Positions 14,230 through 27,306 of a stretch of 64,000 nt of DNA are shown in pieces (the stretch's first letter is position 1; each line of letters starts with the position of its first letter). The position numbers were made by a program, and so were the translations under genes. The DNA comes from the human T2T-CHM13v2.0 reference genome, Homo sapiens, in the NCBI RefSeq assembly GCF_009914755.1, contig NC_060926.1; one strand, 5' to 3'. Below the pieces are notes generated by a model. It saw only the letters and a program-made list of their open reading frames with translations, was not told where the DNA came from and did no database searches.

Positions 14230-14490
14230 GTCTCAACCTACCCTTCATTTAAAAAGTGGTTCAATTTAAATTTTTTTAAAATCTCAGATTCTCAACATAC
14301 AGTGCACATATACACAATGCATGTGTGGTTTATGCTGTAAAAATTCCCTGCTCTTGGTAATGAACTGCCTTAAAGAACAGGGTTGGTGACTTAGTGCCTA
14401 TGGCCTAGCTACTAATGTTTGCGATTTTTTATTCCTAAACATCTAATGTGTTTTTTCCACCTTTTTCTTCCCTTTGTCTTTCTTTTTTAG

Positions 14491-14625
<135 letters not shown>

Positions 14626-17194
14626 TGAAAGCATTAAGTGATATTTGCAGCCTAGGAATCAATGTGCCTTGACTGTAAGCAGAGGCCTGCTAATTGGAAA
14701 CACTGAATTCTATAGCCTCGGTTCTAGCCCTGATTTGCTATGTTGTCAGGCAAATTATTTAATCTCTCTATTCTCCCTTTTCAAGGACATGTCTTTATTT
14801 CTTTTGCCACCTTTTTTATTTTGTCACCCAAAAGCTTAAAAGCAAGGTAAGCTGTGTTCACACTATTTCTGTAATAATTTTAAAACACTGGCTGCAGGTA
14901 TGGAACCTCCTTTTTCCTTTGAAGGAGAAAATATATATTCCTGATGCTCCAGTTGTACATCTTTGGTTGATTTATTCTGTGTGTCTGTCTCCCTTTTACT
15001 AATATCTCTCAGCAAGAAGCCTTAAATATGGAAAATTTTTGCCATTTAGAAATTTTCTACAGTGTCATAAAATCACATTACCGTGTTGGTTATTGAGCTG
15101 GTCTTGCCATTCAGCATTCCTTAATTATGCTTTCTCCTAACCCATTTTCAACCATCCCACCCAGATCCTGACATTTATTCCTCCAAACAGGTAGCCTCAA
15201 GCCTACATTTACATCTTAGAGATCAGTCCTTTTCTCTAGGACTGGCATTGGCCCTGGAGGATTCATGTCAAAATAGCAGCAGGGAGATGAAGCAATTTGC
15301 ACATTGCTCTACCTTGTCCTTTCAAATCAGGGGCAGGTTGAAGCTTGCATTGGCAGGCTTGCCATCTGGACAGAGCTGGGGGGCATCTCCTGCTACTTTG
15401 CTTTTCATCATCAAATCATTTCCTTCAAATGTGAATGCTGTGGCAATTGTGCTTTCAAATGTCTTGATGCTGCCCCCTGTATAGGCAGCTCTGGATTTAA
15501 TAAGCAAGAAGTAAAAACAAAACTAAAAAAACCTACCATGTCACTTTGGATCTGCTTGTTTTTAGAAGCTGACTAACCTAAGTATTTGAAATTCATGAAA
15601 ATCAGCTCTGGGTACATCTGTTCGTTTAATTCTGACCCTGGACACCTGTGTGGGAGATGCATGTCAGCATGTAATGTTCCTTGCTGAGGTGGATGGTTAT
15701 TCACATTCTTGCTGCAGACATCAATTAATTTTGAAGGTCTTCACAGTGAGATTTTTATAGAAACCCAATGAGAAAAAAAATATGACTGAATTCGAGCTCT
15801 TTCTGAATTAATAGTATGGACCTATATCGGGTGGTAATTTTTATCTTCTCTCTGCTTTTACTCTTCTGCTTCTCTTTCTATCTAAACATGTTTTCTCTGT
15901 TTTTGCAGTATATCTTTCTTGGTTTGCTCCTACTCAGCCCTGCTCCCTATTATTCGACTCATTCATATATTTTTTATTAAAGTAAGATTAATCACATATG
16001 TGCCAAAATTTCTTTTTCTCTCCCCCTTCATTATCACAAACAAATAGTATTTACCACATGCTGTGCTAAACATGAGGGCCATTTAAATACATCCTGTCCT
16101 CTCTAAGCTGACATAATTAGAAATGGATGCACTCTGTTAAAAAAAAATCCTGTGATTAACAACCTGTAGTAATACTCTTTGAGTCTTTATTCACTAAAGA
16201 AGTTTGGGCCTCTTTCAATGTTCGGATTTCTCTACAGTATGAAATGTCAGAAATGGGCAGGTCTTGTGAAGATATGGCCTAACTCTGGATAACTTGAGAC
16301 CCAATATGTAGTGAGCTATAAAGAAAACCATCTAGCAGAATAAAATCAGGCGCTGACATGATATGACTAACAGACATTTCTAGGGTACCATAAATATGTA
16401 TGATCATACATACATGCCTTATTCTCCCTTAAAAAGGAATTGATGAAGGTCTGATTGGATTTCACAAATATCCACTGAGGCTAGTGTGAGAAGTGGCCAT
16501 GTATTTCAGAATCAGTAAGCTAAAACATAGAGGTACAAGAAAGAACTCCTTGGAACAGATGATCAAGTATAGCTGAGGTATCTCTTGCCATGAGTAACCC
16601 TATTTAAATCAAGATTGGGAGGCGGTGCTGTGGAGCCCTTTTTTTCTAGAGGCTAATAATTAAATCAGATGATTTCCGAAGAGCACCATAGTCCCCGTGA
16701 TTCCTGATAATGGGTGGACCAAGGAGCATTCCTTTCAAGTCCATCTAAACTCTTAATGATTTGGAGCATCTGGGAGGCTCCATTTAACTCGATGGCTTTA
16801 TTCTCTCTCTGGTTTTTCATTCCCTACCACTTCACTGGGTTAAAAAAAATATATTTTAAATGTTTGTTTGTGGAGTCCTGGCATCTCTCATGCTCCCATC
16901 TTTGTCTGGTGTTTGTTTTTCAAAATTTTGCTTGAAAAAGCATGTAGAATTCTCCTCCATTTCTTCTCAAAGAGGTTGTAGGGTTTCTGACTACCAGCAC
17001 AGTAAATGGGAAGGCTCCTTTGGACGCCTAGGAATTAAACACCATGGTAACTGGATGCTATTATTGAAGTACTGTAACTATGTCCCAGCCTACAGAAGCC
17101 ACACCAATCATTTGCCTTCCAAATTAACTAGATACAGATGATCCAGATGCTAGAGAAGGGGAAATTTCTTGTTTTCCAGTTCTGATTCCTTTAA

Positions 17195-17740
17195 AATTCA
17201 TTCATTCAGTTGTTTCTTTTAATCATTCATTTCTGTAAGTAGTAATAAGTACTTACCGTGGGGTAAGCAGTGCTGGGACTGGAGTCGCCATGCTATGTAA
17301 GACTGTCTGCAAGGAGCTTTGAGTACAGGGAAAGAGACAGATGTGTACATAATCATCACACACATAGGCATTATGTACTTTAGAAAGGGTGTATGCAAAA
17401 TGCCACGGGAACACAGAAGAATGTCACTTGTATTGATTTTGATTGGGAGAGGGAGTGGAGAATTAAAGAAGGTTTCTCTGAAAGGTTGGGTCCTGAGGAC
17501 TATAGAATATAGGAGGGTTGTACAAGCAGAGGGGATTTCAAAAGTAAAAGCATAAACACACAAATTCTGCTTGGACAACTTGGAGCGGCACAGGGTGCAG
17601 AGTGGCATTATGGGAGATGAGGCTGGGACATTTAGGCTGGAGCAATTTGATGGCAATGGATGGACTTTATCCTGCAGACAATGTGGACCCAATGAAGAGT
17701 GTTAAGCTTAGGATGACATTATCAGATCTGTTTTGTTATT
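17195..17740 (-). mobile_element. L2 3' region (antisense)
   Basis: Starts ttcattcattca; later ggactttatcctgcagacaatg and atcagatctg. Confidence 0.6.
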
Positions 17741-17779
17741 ATCTTATATATGACTCTGAAGAAAAAAAATATTTTTAGC

Positions 17780-17995
17780 TGTGACTTATCAGGCACTGTC
17801 TATATACTTGACATATGTTGTTGCATTTTAAATCATAACAACTTTCTGAAGGGTGAGCATTATTTTCCTCATTGTACAGAAGAGGAATTTGAGGCTCAGA
17901 GAAGTGAAGTAACTTGGCCAGGTTGGTTCGGGGGCCATGGACTGGGACTCAAGCCTGGGCTTGTCAGACTGACTGACTGATATTCTTCTGTACTC
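17780..17995 (-). mobile_element. MIR (antisense)
   Basis: cctcattgtacagaagaggaatttgaggctcagagaagtgaagtaacttggcca. Confidence 0.75.
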
Positions 17996-18644
17996 CCCTG
18001 CCCCCCTTTCCTGGTGGGCACACAGCTAGCATTTGATGACAATTATTTTATGAGTGGTCCCTGTTCTGTCAGGCCATATGGACTATTATCTAAGCATTGC
18101 AAAAGACAGGGCTAGGAATGGTGTGGGAGGAGGGTAGAGAAGAGGGGACAGGGATGGTGGCTCCTACACCTTGTGATGGCCCTGGTGGCCTGCCAGTGAT
18201 GAGGTGCGTTTCCATTCTGAAGATGCAGCATGCCCTTGCCTGGGCACAGGGACTGCCCTTTAGGCTGGCCAGCCGGCATGCGGGCTGGCCTCAGGTAGTC
18301 AGCAGGACCGCCTCATCATCCTCTGATTATGGCCTACCTGAGTGGTTTGGTGACTGGTGAGGATGGCCTGTCAGCCACCATCACCAGAAACCCTACAGGC
18401 CCCCATTTCCCCTGGAGAGTCGGTAGGAAGCCCCATGCCTCCGTAGGACTACTGATGGGTAGGTATGATCACATCCTCCCCCAATTCTAATCTGAAGATG
18501 GCACTAACTCTTTTGCTTTAGCAAGACCTGGATTCAGAACTGAGCAAATGGGAGGCAAGGAGCATTTTAAGTATCTACTGCTATCCTTCCTCCTCCCCTG
18601 GGAGATGAGAAGGCTCTGGGCACCTGCAGTGGAAGCTCCTTCTG

Positions 18645-19300
18645 GGGTTCATGCGGCTGCGGGATGGAAGAGTGCTGTGGCCCCGGGGTGCGGCGGGCTA
18701 TGCTGTACCAGTGGAGGTCACATCACACCAGGCACTAACACAAAGAAACTTTCTGTCTGCGGAGCGTGGCTGGCATGTGGAAACATTGTTTCTGCAGAGA
18801 CTCTAAAACAAATGCATTCCGTGGGCCCAGGAGCGGGCACTGGACGTGATGAAAGTGCCTTTTGTGGGCGCTTCTGTGGGAGTCGGATGGAGGTTGGCGT
18901 GGCCCCCGCAGTGCGGAGCGCGGCCTGGCCTTTCCTGCTACGGCTCCCCCTCTGCCTGTGGTCGCGGTGGCCATAGAAACGCGCTGGGCTCCTGCTCCAC
19001 TTCCTCTCTCTGCCTTCCCTCACCAGCAAATCAAAACATAGACTGAGCAAACAAACAACAAACAGAAAAGAAGCCCCCAAAACCTGGAGTTTCGAAGAAA
19101 ATAGAGAACACTGGCTTCAAAGGGCCTTTTCGTTTAAATTACCTTCTAGTGCAGCAGGGAGCCGATAGAGGGCGACGTCGGCTCCCTTCGACCTTGATCG
19201 CTGGAGAGAGGTTCTGCAGCAGTGAATGAACTGTAACGTGATTGTAAATACTTTCAGTACTTTCAGGGCCGTGATTGTAAATACTTTCAGGGCCGAGTGG
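18645..19300. promoter_or_regulatory. CpG/GC-rich intron-2 element (enhancer or weak CpG island) with a CTCF-like motif at 19162-19176
   Basis: More than 20 CpGs by eye in 18650-18990 against a CpG-depleted background; CCGATAGAGGGCGAC motif. Confidence 0.5.
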
Positions 19301-19840
19301 AGTTTGTTCTGGTGGGGTTTTATGTGTTCTCCTTTTCTTACAAAAAAAGAAGGAGAAAAAAAATAGTGTTCAGTGACGAAATGGCAGCAAGAAACAGATT
19401 CTCCAAGTACAGTCTTGCACGCTCCTCAGCTCCTTAGTCCAAAACAAGTGAAGCCACGGACGAGCTCTGGTTTTCAGGTGCTTGACCCAGTCCTTACTGG
19501 CAGGAGTTTCATGAGCAGCGATGGAGTAAGAGTTAGTGGGATTGTGCCTTCTGTTTAGTGATGGACCCAGAGGCGTGGATGAGACCCGGGAGGCCTCGGG
19601 TGTGGCCTAATTCAGGAGGAAGTTGAGCTCTGAGCTGTTTCCTTGGGTGTGGCCGGTTGCTCAGTACCACCTCCCTGGGGCCTCCTGCGTGGGAACATCG
19701 GCCCTTGCAGGGTGGCTAGCAGAGGTCAGGATGGCTGGACCCCTGGCCCTGGCAACTTCGGTGCTGTTCTAACACCTAGGCCGGTGGGTTCCAGAGTGTT
19801 TCATACACAGAGGCTTAAGACAAGGAAAGCCCTTTCAGGG

Positions 19841-19864
19841 TGTGTGTGTGTGTGTGTGTGTGTG
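19841..19864 (+). repeat. (TG)12 microsatellite
   Basis: Read directly. Confidence 0.97.
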
Positions 19865-21603
19865 TATAGGGGGGATGGTTAATTTCTAATAAATGGTAAT
19901 TTCGAATAAATGGAAACTGTGATATTGTGATGTAGCCAGCATTCCAATAGGCTGGAGTTTTTTGTGTTATGAATATGGCATTTTTAAAGTTTGACCTAAG
20001 GGTGGGACCTTTTTCCTTTGGGTCCCTCAAAGCATATCATATTCATGTTAGTGTAGAGGTGCTCTGTCTGCTCTGGCCTAAGGAATCTTTTCTTGGAGTA
20101 AGTTGGCATTTTTGTGAAAACTGAAGCTTGAACCTCCAAACCTTACACTGACTACTTCAAGTTTTTGCTTCCCACTGTTAGCAGGGGAGCCATTAGCCGA
20201 AATCTGATATGTATGAACATTCTCTCTCCCTCCTCTTGCTCCCCCTCCTCTCTCTCCCTGTCCCTCCTCTCCCACCAACCCCCAATATAGCTTGATACAA
20301 ACTCTTGAGGGCTGCTAGAATTAAAAAAAAATCCTGCCACTTAATTTTTCTTTTCTTACCTTCCTAAAATAACATATTGCTTTTTTGTTCTTATCCCAGT
20401 TCACACTTCAACAACCTCAGATCAGTCAAATGTTTATTAAAATTTTTTTAAAAAACATAACAAATCAGAATTGATATAGAAAAAAAATTCAAAAAAGCAA
20501 ACCTATCAAAGCAAAACAAAAACAAACCAGCATCATAAAATTCAGAGAACCCCCTCTACCATGCTCCCAAAAGAAAAACTCTATTTAGAGCCTGAAGTAG
20601 ATGGAGCTGATTGCCTGGCTTGGTTTTTTACATGACCCTGAATAGGACACCTCAGTGTGGGGTCCTTCTCCCTGCGTCTACAGCTTGTGCAAATGAAGAC
20701 TTCCTCCCCTTATTCGGAATGGAGGATCAAGGATATTAATGATGCATTGTTCCTCTTCCAGTGATATTTGTGAGGATGAAGGAGGAAAGCAGGAGAGAAA
20801 TGAGTGCTAAATATATTTTAATCACCTCTGCTGCTTTGAAAGAATTCCCACAGATAATCTTCAGCTCTTCAGCAAAAAGCAGCCTCCACCCTCGAGCCTC
20901 CCCTTGTCCCTGTGTGATGTGGCACCGACCTGCAGTGTGGAGGGGTTTGCACAGTGCTCTCATTGTGTAATTAAAAGAAATTTCCTGATGCTGATGGGCC
21001 TGGGCTGGCTTGTTAGCACTATCAGTGCAAACACAGAGACATTAAATTTAAGTGAGGGCCCGGCTAGTTTCTGGGCTGATTGGATTGTCATCCTGAGGCT
21101 CTGTTTATAGAGTGGGGCCCTTTTCCTCCCCCACCTCTGGACTCAAGGAGCTCTTGTGGGGCTTTCAGGAGAAACCTCCCCAAGGAGCTAGCCTGGGCCA
21201 GCGTTTAAACTGACCCAGATTAAATCTTCAGGAAAGAAATTCTGTTCTTCATCTCACTCCAGAAACAGGGCATAAGAATAATGTTTTCTTTTTCCCCCAA
21301 CTGATCTCAAGAGATCAACTTATAGAAGAAAACTCAAATATCCTTCTACTAAAAAAAAGTTTTCTGCTCGATGTCTCTATCTTCCTTTTGATGTCATTGG
21401 GAGAAAGTGTGTCTGCCTCCTTCTTCATTAATGTATTCTGTGAAATGTGAGTCCATTTCTTTCCATTTGTAGAACAACAGAATTTTCTACTTAAAATTCA
21501 CATGGAGTTGAAATATATCATTTGTATGAAAAATGAGATGGGCCATTTGGAAAATGTAATTTTAAAATATGCAACCTACACCAGCATATGATCAAAGTAA
21601 TGA

Positions 21604-21759
<156 letters not shown>

Positions 21760-22094
21760 TGACGTTTCCAGCAAAACTTGAGGTGCATGTGGCTTTCTTT
21801 ACTGGGAAATAGAGACGGTTATGTTTGGCCAATTAATTATGTCTTTGAGAAGTTTTAAAATAGCAGCAAAAAATAAAGTCTCAGGAATTCAGTATTTTAA
21901 AAAGTACTTTATTGATAACTTTGTGACAGTAACAATACATTCTATTCAGAAACAATCATTGATTAGCTAAGCAGTAGTGTGAACATCATTCTGGACTTCA
22001 GCCTCATTCTAACTGGGAAAGCCTGTTGGGAAAATCATTTACCCTGATGAAGGCCCCCGGGGAGGTTCGTCTCTTAGAATAAATAAAAAACTGT

Positions 22095-22275
22095 AGGTCA
22101 GAGATTTTTAAAAGTTGGCTTGTGGGCCACGTTCAGCCCACAGACATATTTTTGTTTGGACTGCACGGTATTTTTTTTTTTAATAGTAAGCAATGTTAAA
22201 AATTGGATGATTTCACACAATTCAAATTTTCCATCTTAGGTTGAATATTCTGAAGATCTGGCAGCACTGGGTGAA
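22095..22275. mobile_element. hAT-Charlie DNA transposon fragment (MER102-like)
   Basis: ggccacgttcagcccacagacatatttttgtttgg...aagatctggcagcactggg; a related copy lies near 53470. Confidence 0.5.
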
Positions 22276-23760
22276 TTTCACCATAATATAAAATTCAAGC
22301 TTCACTGTTCACTTCATTGTCCTGTTCACCTTTTTGTTAACATTTCTAGTGCAGGGAACAGCTGCTGTCACCTAGGAGAAGTTTGGTAAAATATTTGTTA
22401 GTATTTGTGAAAATGGTACCTGTGGTACTGGCTCTGGCCACCCCACGTACATGGGGCTGGACTCTCCATTGTACTCACACCCAGCCCACTTCATGCACAC
22501 TGGGGTGAAGACGAACTTATATTTGGCATCCTTCCTTATTGACTTACATACCTGCTCCCTGAAGGCACTTCAGGGTATGACCCCAGCTCCAGTTGTTGGC
22601 TGTGGAATTTTGTGGCTTCAGTCTGTTTTCCAAACAAGGCAGGTCTGCAGACAAAATTGAACCTCTTTGCCTCCTCTTTTCCTTTTTTTTTTTTCTTTAA
22701 ATCACCAAATCCTATAGGGCCTTCAGAGCCTGATAATTCTTCTAAAGGTGAGGCCCACTTGATAGGTAAGGAGAGGTGGTAAGCGTGGTTATTATAAGAA
22801 ACTGCACAGAGGAAGTTTGGGGAATTCAGCAGCAGGGTAAGATGAATCCTTAATCCTTCCAGCTTAGTGTTTTTCATTTACGATGCCCTCCTGGGAATAG
22901 CACTGAGACGGCTGCTGCAGAATCGGTTTAGCTTATGAATCATTCCTATTGAAGAGGAGATTTCAAAGGCACGAGGCTAAAATCCTCAGGGCTCTGATGT
23001 TCTGCTCATACTGATTTCAAGTGTGGGGTACAGTGCCGGGGATCTCATTTCTGCGGTGTTGACTCTCTTTCACCTGTTTTGCTGAAGACAAAGTGGTTCA
23101 GAGACTGCACAGATTAAAGGAAGCATGAGGTTTATTTATCACTTCTTTCTGACTAAGCAGGTCTTTCCCCTGACACCTGAGTGGCATCAGCCCATCTTCT
23201 CCTCCTCTCACACTCTACTGCAGAACGTCTTGGAAACGCCACCCTGCTATCCTCACGCTCCTGTCCCGGCCCCTCGCCTTTCCCTCTCTTACTAGGCCCC
23301 CGACTCTTGACCTTGAGACTATAGAAAAGTTGCAGTTCTACATTTCCTGTGTCCCACCTAGTCCAGTACCTGTAGACAAAAACTCCCTCCTAGGTCAGAT
23401 GACACTTGAAAGAGAGATACGGTGTCTAGTGAGGAATTCAATCAGTCTAGAGGTTTTTTTGTTTGTTTGTTTTGTTTTATTACCAAACTATATATAATGC
23501 CAAACAACAACAACAACAACAACAAAAACAAAAGCAACCTGCATTATTTAAAATCCCCCAAAATCTCTTGGAATGCTTACAATAGTGACCTTTTAAGCTT
23601 TGGGATTAGAAAATATAAGGTACTTGCTAAATGCCAGAAATTTAAGCTGTAAGACATCAAGAGAGAGAATGCTCCCCAGTGTAAAATCTTATTTCCGGAG
23701 AAGAGATGGATGTAGGGTGATGGCAAAGAGCTATGCCCGCCCTTTAAAACTAATATGGGA

Positions 23761-24071
23761 GGCCAGGCGTGGTGGCTTACACCTGTAATCCCAGCACATA
23801 GGTCAGGAGTTCGAGACCAGCCTGGCTAACATGGCGAAACCCCATCTCTACTAAAAATACAAAAAAATTAGCCAGGCGTGGTGGCGCACATTTGTAGTCT
23901 CAGCTACCCAGGAGGCTGATGCAGGAGAATTGTTTGAACTGTGGAGGCGAAGGTTGCAGTGAGCCAAGATTACACCACTGCGCTCCAGCCTGGGTGACAG
24001 AACAAGACTCCGTCTCAAAAAAAATAGTAATAATAAATAATAAAATTAAAAACCAAAACCAAAAACAAAAA
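23761..24071 (+). mobile_element. AluS with an internal left-arm deletion
   Basis: ggccaggcgtggtggc start, mixed A tail, TSD core aaaactaata at 23746 and 24068. Confidence 0.92.
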
Positions 24072-25766
24072 CTAATAGAAGAGATATTTTGCTAGAGGCT
24101 CTCAAGCCCTCTGTGTCTTACAGTGTAAACTTCACAATGCCTGACCAGTGAGGACTCATGGGGGACCTGAAAGGAACTGGGTTCTGGACAGGTTTCACCT
24201 CCGGTTGCCTCTTCATCTTTGTCAGTTTTAAAAGGTCAGTTGTAATGAGTTGCTTTCCTTTATTGTGACTTTTGCAGATCACATACTTGTGCCTACAGTT
24301 AGAAATAGTTGATGTGGATGGGAGTTTTTTCCTAGTGCCACCCACCCCCTCACTTAATCGAGTTCTTTCTGTAGGGTAATTATAGATTGGAGAAAAGGTA
24401 GGGGATATTTTCAGAGGAAGACAGAGGGAAGGAGGAGCCCTAAGCTGAAGTCATAGATACTGCGAGAGACCAAGAAATCCAGGATCCTGGAATGCAATTA
24501 AGTCAAAAAAGCCCTACAGGGTCTGCATTCTCTGAAAGGAGGATTTTATGTATTCAAATTACACATTGTGATCTTCCAAAGGCTTTCGGAAGGGGATGTT
24601 AACTCCCTGAGTGTCCCTGAGTGGAAAGAGAGGTCACATTTTAAAGATGTTTTTCACTTTAATCCCCCTATTTTTGGTCTGACATCCAGTGGTGATTCCA
24701 TTACCTTGTATTGAGGGGAACAAACAGACAAGCCTACATAAAATTGGAAATATTAGCTTCTCAAGATGGAGCATTTAAGGTAGGTTTTCAGTAAATATAT
24801 GACTCACTGGACAGTGTTAATGCTAAGCTCGGTGGACACCACCACACAGAAGGTCCTGGGCTTGTGCAGCCCATACCCAGGGTTGGCGCTGGGGAGGACA
24901 CAGGGGGTTCCAGCTCCAGCTGAGGAAAAAGAGACTGTTCTTTTGTTCTGTGAGTGATGCTGGGAAGGGCCTCTCCTGGCCCCGTGCCCTCCTTTGTGAT
25001 CCTCTTCTGCACACTGATATAGATGGATGGAGACACCTTGTGTTTTTTCTTTCTGCCCCAAGAGACGCTTGGAGGTCATCTGAATGGTACAGGCTTCCCA
25101 GCCGTCCCGCCAAGCCTGCCAAGTGATTTTGAACTAATCTGTCTGAACGCACGGTGCTCATGTGCTGACGGGCTGATGTCTTAAGTGTTTCAGGAAACTC
25201 TGCCCTGCTTGGGAGGTCAAGGAGGCAACTGGGGCTGGAACAAAGAGAGTCTTGTTTGGTGGCTGGTGGCCTGGGTCTTGTTTCTTCTTTCATATGTGCT
25301 CCTAAAAGATCACATTCCGTGGGAAAAGTTTGCGGATAGAATTATACAGGATGCAGTTATAAAGATCTTTCTCCTATTTGCTTTCCGGGAGAAACAAGGT
25401 GATGAGGCAGTGGATTTCTTTGCTCCCCAAGTTCATGTTTGATCCTTTAGCTAAAATACACTTTCACTGTTCTTTCTCAGTTCCTGTACTTGGTTCTCCC
25501 ACTCGCCTTCTCCGCCCACATCCTCTCTACCCATCCCTAAACTTAACCATTCTTCAAGATTTGGTGTCCCTTAAGCAAGCCATCCCATATTACCCATTTT
25601 ATTACTGGAAATCTGGGACATTTCTAGTCTCTGAATTTCTATAGCTCTCGGCTGTTATCCCACTTCTTACTGCCCGAGGCAACTGTGCATTGTGTGTCTG
25701 GGCTGCGCATCTCATCTGCAAGGGTCAGTGTAGAAGCAGTGAAGACCTCTAAGGAGCACCTCACTC

Positions 25767-27306
25767 TCATACACACACAGAAACAGCACACACCACATTC
25801 CACCCCCCCCACATACATCGTAAACACACACACAGACATATGCACACCACGCACATATACACACAGACACACCACACACCACATACCATACACCCCCACA
25901 TACATTGTACATGCACACAGACATATGCATACCACACACGTATACACACACAGACACGTCACACACAGACATACCATACACCACTACCACACCCCACATA
26001 CATTGTACACACACACAGACATATGCACACCACATACATATACACACAGACACATCACACACAGATGCACCACACACCACGCCTCCCACATACATCATAC
26101 ACACGCACACACATACATTCACGACACACCATATACCACATACCCCCCATATACATGATACACACACAGACATATGCACACCAAACACATGTACACACAC
26201 AGACACACCACACACCATAATATACACACAGACACACCACACACAATATATCACACTCCTTAAATACATCATACACACACACAAACATGTACACACCACA
26301 CATATACCCACACAGACACACTACACACCACATACCACACACCCTTCCACATACATCAGACACATACAGACATATACATACCACAGACATACCTCACACC
26401 ACACATGGCCCTCACATACATCATAAACACACACAGACATATATATCACACACATACAGACACACCACATAACATACTGCACACGCATACATCATACACA
26501 CACAGACATATACACATCACACACATATGCACACACAGACACACCACACATCACATACCACCCCTCCACATACATCATACATATACACACAGATATATAC
26601 ACACCACATACAAACACACCACACACCACACACTATATACCACACATGACCCCTACATAACATCATAAACATACAGAGATGTACACATCACACACATCCA
26701 TATAGACACGCATACCACACACTATATACCACACCCCCACATACATCATACACACACAGACATACCATATACCAGATACCACACATTGTATGGCATACCC
26801 CCTACATACACACACACAGACACACCACACACACAGAGACACCCCCCACATATACATGCACACATACAGGCAGAACCCACATATATCACACACACAACAC
26901 ACACGCATACACACACACACACACACACTCTGCATACATCATACAGACACAGACACCACATATCACACATATACAATACACACACGCCACAGAATGCCAC
27001 ACAGCCACACACATCACAAGCACCCCCACACTCGCCACACTTCCTACATTCACGCTATAGCACATACCTGCACACATTCCCTACGTCCATCTCACACACA
27101 TATAACCCCCACATCACACATATATGTAATACTCCACATACATCACACGCCCCCACACACGCAGACGTAGCCCTCACACCCCACACGTATATCACACACA
27201 GACATATACTACACACATCACACATCCATATGCTCCCCTAACACTACACACACACACACACGTGCACACTCCACATGCCCCTACATCCTCCCCTGCGTAC
27301 ACACAC
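25767..27306 (+). repeat. About 1.5-kb CA-rich degenerate tandem array
   Basis: Recurring blocks cacatacatcatacacacacagacatatgcacaccac and acacagacacaccacacaccacatacc; source of the His/Thr- and Cys/Val-rich spurious ORFs. Confidence 0.95.

Noticed and set aside
23453-23533. (TTTG)n facing (CAA)n as a possible hairpin
   Set aside because: Periods differ and pairing is imperfect; ordinary simple repeats.
25639-27241. Long His/Thr- and Cys/Val-rich ORFs (up to 199 aa)
   Set aside because: Translation artefacts of the CA/TG low-complexity array, open in many frames on both strands.
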